From Chiloscyllium plagiosum (Eukaryota), in the NCBI RefSeq assembly GCF_004010195.1, contig NC_057752.1:9744862-9808861 (forward strand): DNA of 64,000 bases. Reading direction: 5' to 3'. How positions within the stretch are numbered: the stretch's first letter is position 1; the number at the start of each line of letters is the position of its first letter. Below are positions 38,536 to 50,237 of this stretch, piece after piece. Both the position numbers and the translations under genes were made by a program. Under the pieces are notes generated by a model. That model was given only the letters and a program-made list of their open reading frames with translations. It was not told the origin of the DNA and made no database searches.

Positions 38536-40297
38536 CCTGGTCTGAGCTTTCTTTGAACTTGGATCTTTAAGCTAAATTGGGGTACTATGCATACCTTAAA
38601 CTCGTAGCTTTAACATGGGAATGACTCTGGGAACAATAGGGCTCACGTTATGGCATGGGTCATAAGAGGCTGTGTAAATTGGGCCTATACAGTCTAGAGT
38701 TTAGAAGAATGAAAGGTAATTGCATTGATACATAAAGATTCTGAAGAGGCTTGATAGAGTTGATGCTCAAGGATTGTTTCTGTTAGTCAGGGTATCCAAA
38801 GCATGGGACCAGTGTCATGATATGGTGTTCATCATGAGGAAGACTTTTGTCTTTCAATAGGTTGTGAACCTTTGGAATTCTTTGCCCCAGAGAATTGTGG
38901 ATGCTCAATCATTGAGTAGATTCAGTCTCCCATTTCTTTTGCTTGGGGACTTCTTTCTTCTCATTCAGTGCTCTGAGATGTTCAAGGGAAACACTGTACA
39001 AATGAAAATTGCTGATGTGTGATGCATAATGTTTTTTAGTCAAAGCTGCTTTAAGGCAACGAACGCACAATTTTTCCAAAACCTAGATGACATAAAACAA
39101 CAAAAACAACAATCAAGAAGTAAAATGTTTAAAACAAAGTTATAAAACATCGAGTGGAAGTGAAATTTGAAGAAAGGACGGATGAGAGAGACTAGGGAGA
39201 ATGCGATGTTCCTTTTTATTTAAAATGATGTTCTTAGCAGTTATATCTTTCTCAACAGGTCAATGACACAGCTATAATACTGAATATTTTGAGTTTCGCA
39301 GTGCATGAACTGAAAACTAATAAAATCAGTCTAGGGAAGCAGAGGTCTCCAAAGATTTGCCAGCAGTCTAAAGTTCAATATTTTCTGTTTTTCTTATTAT
39401 TCATCCATAGAATACAACATTACCAAAATTTATTGATCTTTCCTAATTGGGCAGTTGAGAAGAAACCATAGAAAATAAAGATGAAAAAAAGCATTGTTGT
39501 AAATGTTATTTTATTCTTTTTCCAACTTGTACAGATCCCAGAATGTTTTTTTAAGATAAATGTTGGTTTAAAGTATGGTCGCAACACCACATAAAATTGC
39601 TTATTCAGTGTCACATTAAGTCTTATCTCACATTATTTCAAATGTGTTGGGCAATTATTGCAAGCTGCACAACATCTACATTTAAAAAAATTAAAAAACG
39701 AAAATTGGACATATGGAAAGTGAAAATTTAAAAAAAAATCCTTGTTTCATGCAAAAGACACTTTCTGAAATTATTTATTTCCAAAAAAAAAACTTTACTT
39801 TAAACATTGAACATCCGGATGACAGGCGACATTGTTTCAGGTACCTCTTTAAAATCAGTTGCAATCTACTAAGTCCATCCCTCACACTGTCAATGATCGG
39901 AGGCTGAAGCAAGCTGCTTGCAACCTTGGTGTTATACTTGACCCACAATAAGTTTCCAATGACATATGCATGCCATCAGGAATGATGGCCCTTATGCCCG
40001 AAACATCTACTCTCCTGCCCCTTGGACTTGCTGTGCTTTTCCAATGCCTCACATTTTGACACCACTCAGCTATTAGCCATGCTCACTGACCTACACTGAC
40101 AGCTGGTCAATTAACGCCTCGACTTTAAAATTCTCATCCCCGTTTTCAAGTTCCCCCATTGCCGTACACCTCGTTATTGATGTAATCTTCAGTCCATAAC
40201 CTTCATATCTCCAAGCCATTTTGCCCCCTCAATCTGATATAGGACTGTGGCGATCTGATTGTGGCCTCAACTCCACTGTCCTGCCTGCCACCTCAAA

Positions 40298-40632
40298 GTC
40301 ATAGATGTACAGCACAGAAACAGACCCTTTGGTCCAACTCGTCCGTGCCGACCAGATATTCTAAATTAATCTAAGCCCATTTGCCAGCATTTAGCCTACA
40401 TCCCTCTAAACCCTTCCTATTCATATACCCATCTAGATGCCTTTTAAATGTTGTAATTGTACCAGCCTCGTCCACTTCCTCTGGCAGCTCATTCTATACA
40501 CACACCACCCTCTACGTGAAAAAGTTGCCCCTTAGGTGCCTTTTAAATCTTACTCCTCTCATTCCTAAACCTATGCCCTCTAGTTTTGGACTCACCCCAG
40601 GGGAAAGACCTTGTCTATTTACCCTATCCATG
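40298..40632 (-). mobile_element. CR1 LINE 3' fragment
   Basis: Reverse complement of the CR1 tail and FKRHLDGYMNRKG. Confidence 0.88.
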
Positions 40633-41030
40633 ACTTTGACTCCCTTTTAGACCAAATATCCATCTAACTCAGGTTTAAAGAACAAGCCTTTTCTGCTCTG
40701 TGTGGTGAATTCCAAAGATAAATTACCTTCTTCAAAAACAAATTTCTTAAATGGTGGACCACTTATTCTGAAACTATGCTCCATACTAAATTAATTTTAT
40801 GCTTGCGACATCTCGCCTGCGAAGACCCCTCAGAATAGGATCACCTCTTGTCCTCTAAAGTGTCAATGAATATAGGACCAAACTGCTTAACTTTTTCTCA
40901 TCCCAAGAATCAACTTAGTGAAGCTTCTGTCAGCAGCTTCCAATACAAGGATATTCTTTCTTAAATAAGGAAACAAAAACTGTACAAAAAACTCCAGGTG
41001 TAATCTTTTCAGTATCCTGTATAGCTCAAA

Positions 41031-41689
41031 GTTTGTGCGAAGATTTGTAGCTCGGGTGCTCGTTGTTGTAGTTCTGTTCGCCGAGCTGGGAATTTGTGTT
41101 GCAAACGTTTCGTTACCTGTCTAGGTGACATCCTCAGTGCTTGGGAGCCTCCTGTGAAGCGCTTCTGTGATCTTTCCTCCGGCATTTGTAGTGGTTTGAA
41201 TCTGCTGCTTCCGGTTGTCAGTTCCAGCTGTTCGCTGCAGTGGCCGGTATATTGGGTCCAGGTCGATGTGCTTATCGACAACCGGAAGCGGCAGATTCAA
41301 ACCACTACAAATGCCGGAGGAAAGATCACAGAAGCGCTTCACAGGAGGCTCCCATCCTTAGTAGCCACACACGCAGATGACAAGCAACATGAATTCGACT
41401 GGGACACTACTACTATAGGACAAGTCAAACAGAGAACAGCCAGGGAATTCCTAGAGGCATAGCACTCATCCACTGATTCAATCAACAAGACCTGGACCCA
41501 ATATACCGGCCACTGCAGCAGACAGCTGGAACTGACAACCGGAAGCGGCAGGTACAAACCACTACAAATGCCGGAGGAAAGATCACAGAAGCGCTTCACA
41601 GGAGGCTCCCAAGCACTGAGGATGTCACCTAGACAGGGGACAAAACGTCTGCAACACACATTCCCAGCTCGGCGAACAGAACCACAACA
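41031..41689 (+). mobile_element. Penelope-like element fragment with inverted terminal repeat
   Basis: SLVATHADDKQHEFDWD...AREFLEA and DLDPIY (GIY-YIG C-terminal region); 41061-41263 is the reverse complement of ~41491-41689. Confidence 0.85.
41104..41137 (-). ncRNA. Minimal hammerhead ribozyme motif, family 3
   Basis: gca-CUGAGGA-U-GUCACCU agac AGGUAAC-GAAA-CG-UU-ugc; plus-strand partner at 41616-41649 has GUC but GAAA>AAAA. Confidence 0.62.
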
Positions 41690-42356
41690 TCCTATATAGC
41701 TGCTACAAGACTTCCTTTCTTTTGTACTCTAAGCCCCTTGCAGTTAAAGCCAATATTCCATTTGCCTTCCTAATTACTCGCTGTACCTGCATACTGACTT
41801 TGTGATCCCTGTACAGACACCCAAATCTCTTTCACAATATTCTGTAGTTTCTCTCTTTTTAAAATATTATGTTTTTTCTATTCTTTCTACAACAACAGTT
41901 AACTTCAAGTTTACACACGTGCTCCTCTATTTCTCACCACTCACCCAACCGATTTACGTCCCTTTGTAGATGTCGTATCCTCGTAACTTGCTTTCCCACC
42001 TTTATAGTCAGAAAATCTGACCACACTACCATTCACCCCATCATCCATATCACTATTATCGACTGCAAATATTTGAGATCCCAATCTGTGACATGTTACA
42101 GTTTGGCAATCTGACATGACCCATTTATTCCAAGACCATTTCTGTTAGCTAACCAATCTATGCTGATATGTTACCCACAACACCATGAGTTTTGCATTAA
42201 GCTTTGATCTTGCATCTTATCAAGTTCCATTTTGAAAGCCAAGCACACTACACAGACTAGTATCCTATTATTTACCCTGTTTGTTACATCTTCTGAGTAA
42301 TTCATTAAATAGTTTCCCAAGAATGTAGGAAATCTGTCCTATTGGTTTCCAAATAG

Positions 42357-42607
42357 GACAGCCTAATAGGGTGGCAGAGTGGCGCCTAACAGCCTTGGAC
42401 GACTGTCTGTTTGGAGTTTGCACATTCTCCCCGTGTTTGCGTGGGTTTCCTCCCACAATCCAAAGATGTACAGGTCAGGTGAATTGGCTATGCTAAATTG
42501 CTCATAGTATTAGGTGCATTAGTCAGAGGGAAATGGGTCTGGGTGGGTTACTCTTCAGACTTGTTAGGCCGAAGGGCCTGTTTCCACACTGTAGGGAATC
42601 TAATCTA
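42357..42607 (+). mobile_element. HE1-type SINE, degenerate 5' end
   Basis: gactgtctgtttggagtttgcacattctccccgtg...ccacactgtagggaatctaatcta. Confidence 0.85.
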
Positions 42608-42759
42608 TTTTTTTTACTCCTAGTTAAAACTTACTGCTATGACCGAGCTTGTTTGTATAAATCTCCTCTGAAGCGCAATGGGAAATTTGATTAAAGATGT
42701 TACATAAATATAAGCTGCTCAAAAAAAACTGGGAAATTGTGAAATGTTGCAAATGGTCT

Positions 42760-43300
42760 CAGGCCGTCGATATGAAACATTAATTGGTGCTCCGCAGATA
42801 CTTCCATGTTTGCTGAGGGTTTCTGGACTCCGCTATGATGCGGTTTGCAGTCAAATTGCCTACCAATACTCACCACTCGGCTCACAGACGAAGTCCGCCA
42901 ATTGGGTTGAGATACCCTCAGGCTTTTTTTGGATTTTATTCTAAGATAGTTTCAGAGAAAGGGGGGGGGGTGTTTAACGTTCGAGCATAACAAATCGAGG
43001 TTGATCGATTTATTAGCCCTCTCGGGAATAAGCTGAACTCTTGTTAAATACCTACATTAATATCTCCTTCAGCCTTCTCGTACAAGCTCCACCTCTCACG
43101 TTCAGCGTCGTCAACACCGTTGTATTTGACCTTCCCAACCTGTGATTGGCTGCTGGTTGTGAGGGGCAACGTAAGCTAGCTTTGTGATTGGGTTACTTTG
43201 CCGGGCTAGTCCTCCACTGATGGATTGTAAAACCCTACTTTTCAATACTACGTGATTGGATTGACCCAAGGTTTTTTCATTCTAGGACTGGCAGGAAGGG
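42760..43300. promoter_or_regulatory. Candidate promoter: CpG-enriched, clustered CCAAT boxes
   Basis: Visibly more CpG than the flanks; TGATTGG with ATTGG at 43145, 43187 and 43255; CCAATTGG at 42898; no recognisable repeat. Confidence 0.4.
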
Positions 43301-43829
43301 CTAATTGCAGCAACAACTAGGTTCAGTCTGAACAACAATTAAACGGTGATTTTCTTCTTTCTTTAATGTCCTGGCAGCCAAAGGTACAAAACTAAATTAT
43401 AATCAAGTACCGATTCAAATTGGCAGCACATTTAAAAACCAATGAGTATTAAATATAACCTGACAAAACTAGAATTCTTGACGCAAAGGAGAATTAAATG
43501 CAACCAACACGAGGAATCTGCCTGTTCAAGGGCTTCTGCCCAAAACTTCGATTTTCCTGCTCCTCGGATGCTGCCTGACCTGCTGTGCTTTTCCAGCACC
43601 ACTCTAATCTAAACTCTGGTTTCCAGCATCTGCAGTCCTCACATTTGCCGACGAGGAATGTACGTCAGCCTCCTTCTGCAAACTATTGTGAATGTTAACA
43701 CTGTTAGGCATTTTCACACAGCAAAGAGTAGAACATGCTGGGTGAGGAGAAATTGAATGTTGCTGTATCTTTAAGTAAAAATGCTTTGTAAAGTACTTGT
43801 ACAAATGTTATGAATAAACGGTTCACACT

Positions 43830-45020
43830 TTGTAAGGTCAAATGGCATGGTTGCTTCCTGAAGAAGGGCCTGTGCCCGAAACGTCGAATCTCCTGTTCCC
43901 TGGATGCTGCCTGACCTGCTGTGCTGTTCCAGCAATAAAGTTTCAACTTTGATCTCCAGCATCTGCAGACCTCACTTTCTCCTCAAATGGCATGGTTACC
44001 AAATTTGTTAAAGACACAAGGACAGGTAGGAAATTAAGTTGTGAAGAGGACACAAGGTTACAAAAAGTAGGTTAAGTGAGTGAGCAAAATGTGATAAATG
44101 GAGTACAAATAGGAAAATGTGAAATTGTCAATATTTTAAAAATAATTATCTAAATGAAGAGAGGGGGGAAATCTGGGTGTTGTAGTACATGCATTACTTA
44201 AGGTTAGTAAGCACAGGCAGTAAGTAATTAGGAAATATAATGTTTATAGTGAGGGGAATTTACAGAAGTGAGAAGCTTATGCTTCAGTTATACTGGGTAT
44301 CGGTGAAACCGCATCTGGAGTATTGCTTCAGTATTTAAAAGGATGTAAATACATTGCAAACTTTTCAGACCTGGAATGAGCAGGTTGCCTAAAGGAAAAG
44401 GTTGGACAGGCTAGGTTTGTATTTGCTGATTCTGGAAGGATTACTGGACCAGAAGTGTTAAACTCTTGCTTTAGAGTCATAGAGATAGATGTACGGCATG
44501 GAAACAGACCCTTCAGTCCAATCCATCCATGCCGACCAGATATCCCAACCCAATCTAGTCCCACCTGCCAGCATCCGGCCCATATCCCTCCAAACCCTTC
44601 CTCTTCATGTACCCATCCAAATGCCCCTTGAATGTTGCAATTGTACCAGCCTCTGCCACTTCCTCTGGCAGCTCATTCCATACACATACCACCCTCTGAA
44701 AAAGTTGCCCCTTGGGTCTCTCAGATAGTGCTAGACCGATTGAGATTTTCCAATAATTTGTTTTTGTATCTGCTGGAGTTTAAAATAAATTACTTGATTG
44801 AAACATAGAAGATCTGGAGACATTTTGACAGGATGTATGTGGTGAGAATGTTTCTTGCTCTTGAAGAATCAAAACTAGAGGTTACAGTTTTAAAATCAGG
44901 TTTCCCATTTAAAACTAAAATGAGGCAGTTTTCTCTGTTGGATCATGAATTTTTGGAACCCTTCCTGAAAAAGGTGGTGGTAGCAGAATCATTTAATATT
45001 TTTAAGACATTAGGATAAAT
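43830..45020 (+). mobile_element. Old degenerate CR1-like fragment with younger insertions (mini-element at 43853; minus-strand CR1 tail at ~44473-44720)
   Basis: GMVTKFVKDT (FADD-like), LVKPHLEYC-like segment ggtgaaaccgcatctggagtattgc. Confidence 0.6.
43858..43885 (+). ncRNA. Minimal hammerhead ribozyme motif, family 1
   Basis: uuc-CUGAAGA-A-GGGC cugu GCCC-GAAA-CG-UC-gaa; short stem I uuc/gaa. Confidence 0.72.
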
Positions 45021-45934
45021 TAAGCTATCAGACTGATTCTAGAAGTGATTTGGGAATATTTGACAGAATCAGCAGATAGGAGGTTGAGATAATGTTTCAA
45101 TATTATCAATTATACCTCCACTACTCTAACATTGAACCAACGTTCATTCCTCTTTATTGGAAAAGAACAATCCTTGAATTTTACACTTAGGGATACCAGA
45201 GCTGAAAATGTGATTAGCTATATTTTTAAGCAAACATTTATGCATTAGGCTAATTTAAAACACTACACAGTTTGGATAATTTAACAGAGCATTCTAGTTG
45301 CACTGAAAAAGGATTAATTAATGATGGTACAAGTGCAAACTATTAGAAGTTCAACTTAATGAAATTGTTTCATACTTTGTTATATTTTTATTCAGAAACC
45401 AACCACAGATGCTCTAATTTTCCAGGTTTTGAAATTGTGCAACTAGAGAGTGAGACTTACTCCACTTGAATTTACTGAAACTGCTACTTCAGTTTAAACT
45501 TAAAACACAAATACTTAACGCATCTAAAACAAATTAGATGAACAAATCGGAGGCCAGTTTTTAAAAGCAGTTTTTGGTGCAACTGACTATTCATGCTTTA
45601 GCCTGTATGAAGACATTATTGGCAAGGCCTATTAGGAGGTCTTGATTATCATAAAATAGTATGTTAATTCAAAAACAATTTAAAACCCAAAAGGTGCACT
45701 AAGCTTCTAAAATATACTGAATACAAGACTTCCAGGGTGATCTTCGTAAATAAAAGTGCAAAATTTGGACATTTACACATTGCTCTTTCCTCAGGTGCTA
45801 AAATTACGTGTTGCAGATTATACAGTCTACAACATGGGCATGAGCACCTAATCTTCTGTAGAGTGTGGATGACCTGTTTAACTTCAATATGGATGCTATA
45901 TGAACAGTTTTGCCCTAATGCAATGTTCAATATG

Positions 45935-47340
45935 AAGACTGGAGGTTGGCTAATGTGATGCCACTATTTAAGAAGGGTGGGAAGGAAAAGCCAGGTAACT
46001 ATAGACCAGTGAGCCTGACCTCAATGGTGGGCAAGCTGTTGGAGGGAATCCTGAGGGACAGGACGTACATTTATTTGGAAAGGCAAGGACTGATGAGGGA
46101 TCGTCAACATGGTTTTGTGCGTGGGAAATCATGTCTCACAAACTTGATTGAGTTTTTTGAGGAAGTAACAAAGAGGATTGATGAGGGCAGAGCTGTAGAT
46201 GTGATCTATATGGACTCAGTAAGGTGTTTGAGAAGGTTCCCCATGGGAGACTGGTTAGCAAGGTTAGATCTCTCAGAATACAGGGAGACCGAGCCAGTTG
46301 GATACAGAACTGGCTCAAAAGGTAGAAGACAGGGTGGTGGTGGAGGGTTGTTTTTCAGACTGGAGGTCTGTGACCAGTGGAGTGCCACAAGGATCGGTGT
46401 TGGGTCCTCTACTTTTTGTCATTTACATAAATGATTTGGACAGTTTGGTAGTTAGTAAGTTTGGCAGATGACACCAAAATTGGAGGTGTAATGGACAGCG
46501 AAGAGGGTTACCTCGGATTACAACAGGATCTTGATCAGATGGGCCAATGGGCTGAGAAGTGGCAGTTGGAGTTTAATTCAGATAAATGAGAGGTGTGCAT
46601 TTTGGGAAAGCAAATCTTAGCAGGACTTTACACTTAATGGTAAGGTGTTGCTGAACAGAGACCTTGGAGTGCAGGTTCATAGCTCCTTGAAAGTGAAGTT
46701 GCAGGTAGATAGGATAGTAAAGGCAGCGTGTGGTATGCTTTCTTTTATTGGTCAGAGCAGAGTACAGGAGTTGGGAGGTCATGTTGCGGCTGTACAGGAC
46801 ATTGGTTAGGCCTCTGTTAGAATATTGCATGCAATTCTGGTCTCCTTCCTATTGGAAAGATGTTGTGAAACGAAAGGGTTCAGAAAAGACTTACAAGGAT
46901 GTTGCCAGGGTTGGAGGATTTGAGCTATAGGGAGAGGCTGAATAGGCTGGGACTGTTTTCCCTAGAGTGTCAGAGGCTGAGGGGTGACCTTATAGAGGTT
47001 TACAAAATTATGAGGGGCAAGGGTAGGGTAAATAGGCAAAGTCTTTTCCCTGGGGTCAGGGAGTCCAGAACGAGAGGGCATAAGTTGAGGGTGAGAGGGG
47101 AAAGATATAAAAGAGACCTAAGAGGCAAGTTTTTTCTCAGAGGGTGGTACGTATATGGAATGAGCTGCCAGAGGAAGTGGTGGAGGCTGGTACAATTGCA
47201 ACATTTAAGAGGCATTTGGATGGGTACATGAATAGGATGGGTTTGGAGGTGGGACTAGATTGGGTTGTGATATCTGGTCGGCATGGACAGGTTGGACCAA
47301 AGGATCCGTTTCTGTGCTGTACATCTCTAGGACTCTTTGA
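45935..47340 (+). mobile_element. CR1 LINE, 5'-truncated
   Basis: ANVMPLFKKGGKEKPGNYRPVSLTS...QHGFVRGKSCLTNLIEFF...WNELPEEVVEAG plus tail. Confidence 0.92.
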
Positions 47341-49508
47341 CAAATCAAAGGTGACTATAATTTGATAACTATTAGAGGCAAGGTTGCAGAGTGATCAGGA
47401 CTTGAAATCATGTATCGGACATTCTGGAAAAATAAGCAAATAGTGGTTAGGCAGTGCTGTTAATAAAAGAAAGTATCGGTGCACTGATGAGTAGCGATAA
47501 CGATGCAATAGATCGTGATGTGGTATCAGTCTATAAATAAGGAATAGCAAGGGAAAGAAGTCACAGGTGAGAGTCATATATACACCCCATAGTTGCTTCA
47601 CTGTAGGACAAAGGATAAATCAGAAAATAATTGCAGTGTGCAAGGAGGGCACAACAATCATGGGCAATTTTAACCTGTACAAATCAAGTGGGCAAGAGTT
47701 ACATTAAAGATCAATGCGTAGAGCAGGAACAGGCTATTTTTAAAATATTAGCAACATGCAATGAAGATTAATCAAGGATCCTCAAAAGGATAGTGATCAC
47801 AACATGTACAATTTCAATTCAGTTTGAGGGAGAGCAACTCCAGCCTCAAACCAGTATTCTCAACATCAATACCTTTTTAAGGCCAAGATGCACAATTCTT
47901 GATCAGTCGGAATCAAGGGTTGTGGTAAAGGCAGGAACGTGGATGTTTGACTTCCATTTCTCCAGTTCAACAACTGATCAAGAACATTAATTGTCATTTC
48001 ACATCTTAATTAACATTAAAGTTTGAGGGCAAAGTCCCCAGAACAGTGTAAGAGATACCATACAGAATTTGGCATCATATTTTATGGGTGCATATTATAC
48101 AGGATATAGATTCCAGATCAGGATTTATTTTGCATAATGAACTGAATAGTTGCATTTTATCAGATAAATCCATTGAATGGTCACTTAACACTTGTACTTG
48201 CTGATCTCTATTGAATACACACCTCCCTCCACTCATGGTGTTAAAATACTCTCAGCCTCACTTTCCCCATATCCAAAACCTCAAGAACTCTGCATTTGTC
48301 CAAGTCTGCACGTATGCATTCCAAAGCCCACTGGGCAGTAGTACTTTCAGCCAGCTCAACCAGATGCTCAAAATTCCTTCTGGAAACCCACCACAATTTG
48401 CATTGAAATACTCTGGACCAGTTCTGGTCATTCCCAATAACTACTGAGAAGTATTCTTTAGGGTATTCTGTCCCTTTGACATGGATTTCACTTTCTTTTA
48501 TTTGTACTGATCAGATATAGAACTCTTTCAAATGCCAACTTACCAGTCTTAGTTCTCTACTACCATTTCGCACCTAACCGAAAAAGCTTACCATAACCCT
48601 TGCTGATTTATAATAGCCCCTCGACCAAAATTTAACATTCTCACCAGTCTACAAATTCCTCAACAGCCCATAGTCACGACTGCTAGAAACTTACTCGCAT
48701 CCACTTGCACCCTTGTTTCAGACTCCAGTCTCAAGTTAAATTCACTCCATATTCCACCTTTTGTAACAGACTCTCTCAATTCCTCCCAATCCACTTTATC
48801 CACTAAAGGCCTTCCCAAAAACCCATCTCTTTGGGGAAGCTTACCAGTCATATCTTTTAATTCTCCTCCCAACTCTGCAACCTATTCAACGTTTCCTGTG
48901 GGGATTTGGAACAATTCCTACACTAAAATGCTGCTGCACAAATACTAAAGTTTATTGGATTTAATCTTTCTGCATGGAAGATACAAGACGACATTAAATA
49001 AATATTGAAAAATCAATTTTTTGGCACCAGGCTGTTTAACCAAAAGGAGTTGTGGAAGCAGTTAGTTCAGATTGAACTAAGTTTTTTTTATTTCTGCACT
49101 AGACCAACGGAGCAATAAAAAGCAAAGATTCTGGTCAATCGCATTCTAAAATATTATGAGAAGGAACTTCCAGCCTATAAGTCAAATCTATACTTTGAAT
49201 ACTCAAACTGAAGTAACTGTCAAAAGTAGTTATGCCCAAGCAATCTCCGGTTGGGAACTGCCAATCATGCTGTCTAAAGGCCACACAAACACCTTCTGGT
49301 GTTTTTTTTGGGGGGAGGGGGAGCAGTAAAGAAAATGAAGTCTGCCATCAATGCAGGAATCGATGTGATGCATACTACTGAAAAGATTTGTTACATTTTA
49401 AATGTAATCTTATTAAGCACTTTAGACAAAGACTTTTCACATCCATAAGTCCCATCTCTTGCCTATTTTTGAAAAAAAAACACACACAACATGTTTAAGT
49501 GTTAACAG

Positions 49509-49514
49509 TTTATT
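49509..49514 (-). terminator. Candidate PTGES3 polyadenylation signal AATAAA
   Basis: About 700 nt after the stop codon, followed on the minus strand by a GT/T-rich tract (tgttgtgtgtgttttttttt). Alternative AATAAA at 49869-49874 and 48951-48956. Confidence 0.5.
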
Positions 49515-50217
49515 AGAAAGATATTGTAGGCTTAAAAAAAATTCCATTGCATTTGACATAAATTGAGGTTCAGCTTGTACTGAGCAGATTTCACAAAATA
49601 CATCCTAAAGATAGTGTATTAACATTTTCTTCAAACTTGCATTCATACTCAAGACAGTGCAAATACACTTGGTCGTCTAAATGTACAGCCACTTAAGATC
49701 CACAAGCGACAATGTACAGCTTTATCACTCTTCATACTAACAGATGTAGAAGCTCAAGGGTCAACCAATACCATTAACAGTTTTAACCAATTATTAGGGA
49801 TGAAGTCACTTGGGGAAAAAACCTTAAAACCTCAGCATCCTAACTGCTGCAGAATTAACTAAGGTGACTTTATTGATACTGAAGACATTTCAGTGCTAGG
49901 TTTATGGGAATTTCTGACTACAAGGTTTAGTATTAGTCAATACAAACTCCGATCACTATAAATAATTTTTTTTTGCAAAGTCCTGGAAAATTGGTATCTG
50001 TACATAATGGCAGATTATTGTACTGTACTGGTAAGCAATTTTGTCCAATACTCTGGTATGCATCGACCCCTAGAAAAGCCTTTAAAACAGGTTGAAAGTG
50101 GATTGAAAGATGCACCACTGCCCTCAACAGCTATCAACTTATAATTGTTTTGTTAAAAATTAACAGTTTAATGAATGCTTTTCTTCCAATTCCCTGAAGC
50201 CTTTTCCCCCAATTCAT

Positions 50218-50237
50218 TTACTCTAGATCTGGCATTT
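50218..50237 (-). CDS. PTGES3: PTGES3 exon 8, coding part
   Basis: poly-T tract cag|AA ATG CCA GAT CTA GAG TAA; (K)MPDLE*. Confidence 0.94.

Noticed and set aside
1..48900. Expected syntenic neighbour ATP5F1B downstream of PTGES3
   Set aside because: No ATP synthase beta motifs were seen in the ORF track or in the regions read by eye.
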